In this document: positions 50,101-52,979 of the stretch, one piece after another
How the letters are laid out: each line of letters opens with the position of its first letter
Position numbering within the stretch: the stretch's first letter is position 1
Origin: Trichomonas gallinae
Taxonomy: Eukaryota
NCBI GenBank assembly: GCA_008369845.1
Contig: MRSU01004216.1
Location: forward strand, 1 to 52,979
Reading direction: 5' to 3'
DNA: 52,979 nt
Translations under genes and position numbers: made by a program
Notes under the pieces: model-generated
The model's database searches: none
Told to the model about the DNA's origin: nothing
The model's input: only the letters and a program-made list of their open reading frames with translations

Positions 50101-50212
50101 TTGAATTCGGATTAAGGTAGAATTGCTCCAAAGCGCTCGAAACTTCCTCCACATTTTCACCAGCACGAAGGTTGGAATACAGTTCCTCAAAAGTTTCTCG
50201 CGAAAATTCCAT
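47132..50212 (-). CDS. Importin-beta-family (importin-4/5-like) HEAT-repeat protein, divergent, 1026 aa
   Basis: IBN_N-like N-terminus (VEEVSSALEQFYLNPNSIP...MKQYA), all-helical acidic HEAT pattern, and karyopherin-like size. Confidence 0.65.
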   Translation of the reverse strand: MEFSRETFEELYSNLRAGENVEEVSSALEQFYLNPNSIPLNLEIAEETTDAVMKQYALYGICVCIRKVQTNVDEAILSTTKNKILQFLASETEETVANSIIAVIGEILTYWQEWIEFTNLIFDENTPLEVVLKLLSQLLSSINSIKVIQSLEYFQNLILKGLQSSESNEVLYAMQLLFTLAIPIKEPQAQEKFMVFYEQIFVVMQAVIPMGDAEMFMKMSTPIMCGLECGLCFIPTQEIFDFLIAILQMQSFETEYTLHLNNFMTSILINDPKISFGETEEDFNQRISVLFQLELSIAVNFFDIGDFDPTMNWLFDFDQMFNQIYNRLKPADIIELTQQGINILNEVGTPNSHAAAILILQNAIAASPWEFVVKRNEVFDMIMQSFKAEEDVMMKMSMRFLEVHAPIFSQNINENATYLLSAAISLMHSEDTASALNLFNSVLKVLDTTDNDFENIVQICLQLFQTSNPGLQTGACSALSMSIEKSKFKVEQLFNDILNPILEILSQGLSQENFDTSVISPLFSVITSLAERCPELILPAFDPIMQLLIPCISSPDIYTEIDAINCFMCLTTSIPEACSTKFAEVIEQIRPFFSVHWNSEIAHLNMEKNNKGLEDLWLRLEAAICALKTMIQIASVSGDLNLMHESIVVILSIVGVNNTSVIVSSMDCYIMLSEIIAGIEIPQEIMILFDRMIQNILYNILGKMQEESIVAAALRAISKVVSLFGPAIIEEYYMMLPPILLNLITDTFNEYNGYYIFNYSIFDKDIYIPMILNVFAAADPASIQQIFLPMLDHLLTEQGPDVMSFAIDVTAQIFVANPEFLPEEFRSKFIELVIKLINDDLPTLALSASIFLAQLCGSHPAIIANIASDVYNIIIQKLLNNSLTSDILTTVRKLKECLSFTAIQFVAAYQYDFKQVYQHVLAYLPYESNYQYNEPAFRFVCQMSASIDTSFVPHFVRPMIVLFARSIDEFQNMDISDECAKQILQVMYNMLEVFPDKKVAISQTLQGNEMMIAKFAATTEKISTIP

Positions 50213-51600
50213 GCAATTGCTACAAAATCAATGTTTAGAAAATTTTAAATCAAATATTCAATATCTTCAGTAGTCGAATAATATATATTTTTAAATTATT
50301 TTTCTCAAATTTCATTCGTTGCCTCAAAATTAGAAAAACAAAAAAATCTGTCAATCAATTTGAATAGATTTGACAACTGTTTATCGTCAAAATGTCACTT
50401 TTAGAAATCTGCCTATGGTTTTGCCTCTTAATACCGTCAATAAATGACTCAATAAGACCATCACCTGGAAAAGTAGCTCTTGAATATACAGCTTCTATAT
50501 GGTGATATAGGTATTAATTTTATCTTTTTATTCTAAAAATTCAGCAAACAGTTTTTTGATATATTGATTTATGATATATTGATAAAGAAGAACTGTTTTG
50601 CAATCATGGATTAATCATTTGCACGATTTTTAGAAAAATAAATATAAATCGATGTTTAGGCAGAATAATGAATATAATCTTTTTTGAAAAAGTGTCTGGT
50701 TAATGTTTCAGATATTTTTTTATAGAAGAATCTATTTTATCATTATTATTGTTTGTTTTCAATATAAAATGGCTGCAGTTTGCTTCAAAATCACCAAATG
50801 AATTGTATTCATTGATGAATAAGTTAGTATAATATTTTATATAAAAAAATCGTTTCAGTGGCCAACTATTAAATAAATATTATATATGCCAGTTTCTTAT
50901 TTCTATCAATATAAATGATTTATGGTAGGATAACATTGTAATTGCAAAAAACATAAATAATCGATACAATATTAAAATTCAATAAAATTCTATTTATGTA
51001 GACATATATAAATCGATTATAATCGTAGCTTTGGCATATAAACACAATTTTTCGCGAAATCCATGATATTTTCACATTATAGTTGAATAAAGCATGGATT
51101 AATTCATTATTACGAGGTACAATCAGAAAAGGGCAAATAACATTCATATAAGACGAATTTGAATATGGAAAATATTTCATTCCAGAATGATTAAATTATA
51201 CTGAGTGTGAGTGAAATATAATGCGTATAGTCTCCTAATTAAATGTATTATCTTTGTTTTTGCTATGAATTTGATTATGATGACAAAATTAAGCAATGAT
51301 TAAAGGAACGATTGTTGAATTTGTCTGTTGAGCTGACGTAATTTCTTTGTTGCGTTTATTAAGAGATCAATATAATATAAATGAGAAAGTAATGAAGAGT
51401 GTAAAAGAAATGGATATGCCACTTTTTATAATTCTGACATTTGACACTCTACAATGACAAATTTTCTTAAAAAGTGTCCGATTCATGAAAAATGGGCAGA
51501 CAACAGGGGCTAGAATATTAATAAAGGGGTGTTTAATTTTTACAATGGCAAAATTTTATTTTACATGTCAAAATCATTTTTATTATACATTGGTTGAATC

Positions 51601-52979
51601 ATGTTTTCTGATGATTATTCTGATCCAGAAATTCATGAAGAACATGATACTGAATTGTTTCAGATAGAAAATGATCAGAAATTATCAATAACAGAGATGA
51701 AAATGCAAATTGAAAACAAGATTGCTAGTTTTAACGAGATTCTTGTGTCTGCACTGGAAACAAAAGATACTTCGCAAGTATCAAGTTGCTACGATGAACT
51801 TATAAATTTGATCATCCAAAGCAATCGGAAATTTTATATTTCAAACCAAGATTTGATAAATACAACAATTAATAATATTCTTGCTATGTTTGAATTGCAA
51901 ATTGAAGAGCTCGATATCAATTTGATCAAATTATTCAATGAATTAACAACAATATTCTCATTTATAGTTACGCCATCCAACTACCAGAATATAATATTTG
52001 TCATTCAACGTCACATTCTTACTGAAAACAAAGAATTGTCTCGAATTACAAAAAATCTTCTCTTAAACATTCTCAAAACGCACAAAAATGCATCAGAATT
52101 GTTATATCCTCTCTATAGTTTCATAATACAGAATGTATCACCAAATTTAGTTGAAAATGATATAGAAATTCAAATAATTCATCAATTTGTGCGAAATCTC
52201 AATGGAAGCATTCGCATCAAACTCGTTTTTCCTAAATTATTCTCATTTTTAGCTCCATACTTTAGATTAGGCGAAGTTGATGGCGTTATTCACGATGTTA
52301 CTGTTTATTCATCTTGGATTTTATCAGATATATTTGCAAAGAATACTATGGGCACAAATACACCACGTCTTGCTCAAGAAACACAAGTATTTGTGTTTCT
52401 TGCAAGTTTTTTGAATTATCGAGATCCAAGAATTTTGATTCCTGTCTTAAAATCAATACAATATGCAATGACGTCATTTCCAAATGCAGAAATACTATGT
52501 ACCGACATTCAAACACATATTTTAATTGATTTAATTTTGATGCCCAAAGTTGCTGAACACGCAGCACTTTGTATTGCATCAATTATAGAGAGAAGAATCA
52601 ATGAAGAATGTGATTTAGATATCAAGAGAACATGTTTAACTGCTTTTCAAGCAATTGAAAATGCAAAATTATCAACACAAATAAGTTTGTTATATTTGAT
52701 CACTCTATGCGCAGATGCTCTCGATCCTAATGATATATTTCAAGTTTTAGCTCAAGTTAATTTTATTCCAACAATTATCAAATTTATTGATTACGACAAT
52801 AACGAAATTGTCATTGAATCACTCTCACTATTCATGAACATTTACATGAAATTGCAAAGTATCAACAAACACACAGATTATGTTGATGAGTTCGGACAAT
52901 CAGGTGGATTCGATATAATCCGTGAATACCTGGATTCTGACTGCGAAGAACTCCACGAAATTGTCCAAAACATGTTCGA
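51601..52979 (+). CDS. ARM-repeat / importin-alpha-like helical protein (3'-partial, at least 459 aa)
   Basis: Hand translation from ATG 51601 (MFSDDYSDPEIHEE...) has no stop to the window end. The last segment, EFGQSGGFDIIREYLDSDCEELHEIV, resembles the importin-alpha C-terminal ARM. Inr TCATT at 51574-51578. Confidence 0.75.
   Translation, partial: MFSDDYSDPEIHEEHDTELFQIENDQKLSITEMKMQIENKIASFNEILVSALETKDTSQVSSCYDELINLIIQSNRKFYISNQDLINTTINNILAMFELQIEELDINLIKLFNELTTIFSFIVTPSNYQNIIFVIQRHILTENKELSRITKNLLLNILKTHKNASELLYPLYSFIIQNVSPNLVENDIEIQIIHQFVRNLNGSIRIKLVFPKLFSFLAPYFRLGEVDGVIHDVTVYSSWILSDIFAKNTMGTNTPRLAQETQVFVFLASFLNYRDPRILIPVLKSIQYAMTSFPNAEILCTDIQTHILIDLILMPKVAEHAALCIASIIERRINEECDLDIKRTCLTAFQAIENAKLSTQISLLYLITLCADALDPNDIFQVLAQVNFIPTIIKFIDYDNNEIVIESLSLFMNIYMKLQSINKHTDYVDEFGQSGGFDIIREYLDSDCEELHEIVQNMF

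Noticed and set aside
50920..51667. Short ORFs 50920-51180 and 51485-51667 (similarly 31553-31822 and 43339-43536)
   Set aside because: AT-rich intergenic composition with no motifs; 51485-51667 overlaps the real gene start at 51601 out of frame.

Overview
AT-rich, intron-free eukaryotic genomic DNA, most likely Trichomonas vaginalis or a close parabasalid relative. This is inferred from TCAY(T/A) initiators just upstream of ATGs, AAAGTGAC motifs, TAAA signals at or after stop codons, and short intergenic spacers. The window holds about 21 single-exon genes: BTB-like/F5-8 type C protein, LRR protein, N-terminal methyltransferase, CRM1-like exportin, a compact 3005-aa Hydin, a coiled-coil protein with 37-aa repeats, profilin, APC7-like TPR protein, EF-hand protein, NTF2-like protein, S-adenosylmethionine synthetase, PP1-like phosphatase, a 2806-aa atypical formin, divergent CK2-beta, CCDC24-like protein, importin-beta-like protein, several coiled-coil or hypothetical proteins, and an ARM-repeat gene running off the right edge (absent from the ORF track). 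Main highlights: (1) a perfect METTL16 target nonamer, TACAGAGAA, in a possible hairpin 41 nt after the SAM synthetase stop and abutting the probable 3'-processing signals, suggesting a SAM-sensing feedback element; (2) a formin whose FH1 is replaced by about 1700 aa of xxDG beta-hairpin repeats and whose key FH2 isoleucine appears lost; (3) a GC-rich structured intergenic element next to a repeat mosaic. No rRNA, tRNA, CRISPR array or intact transposon was recognised. All family assignments come from motif recognition by eye, not database searches.
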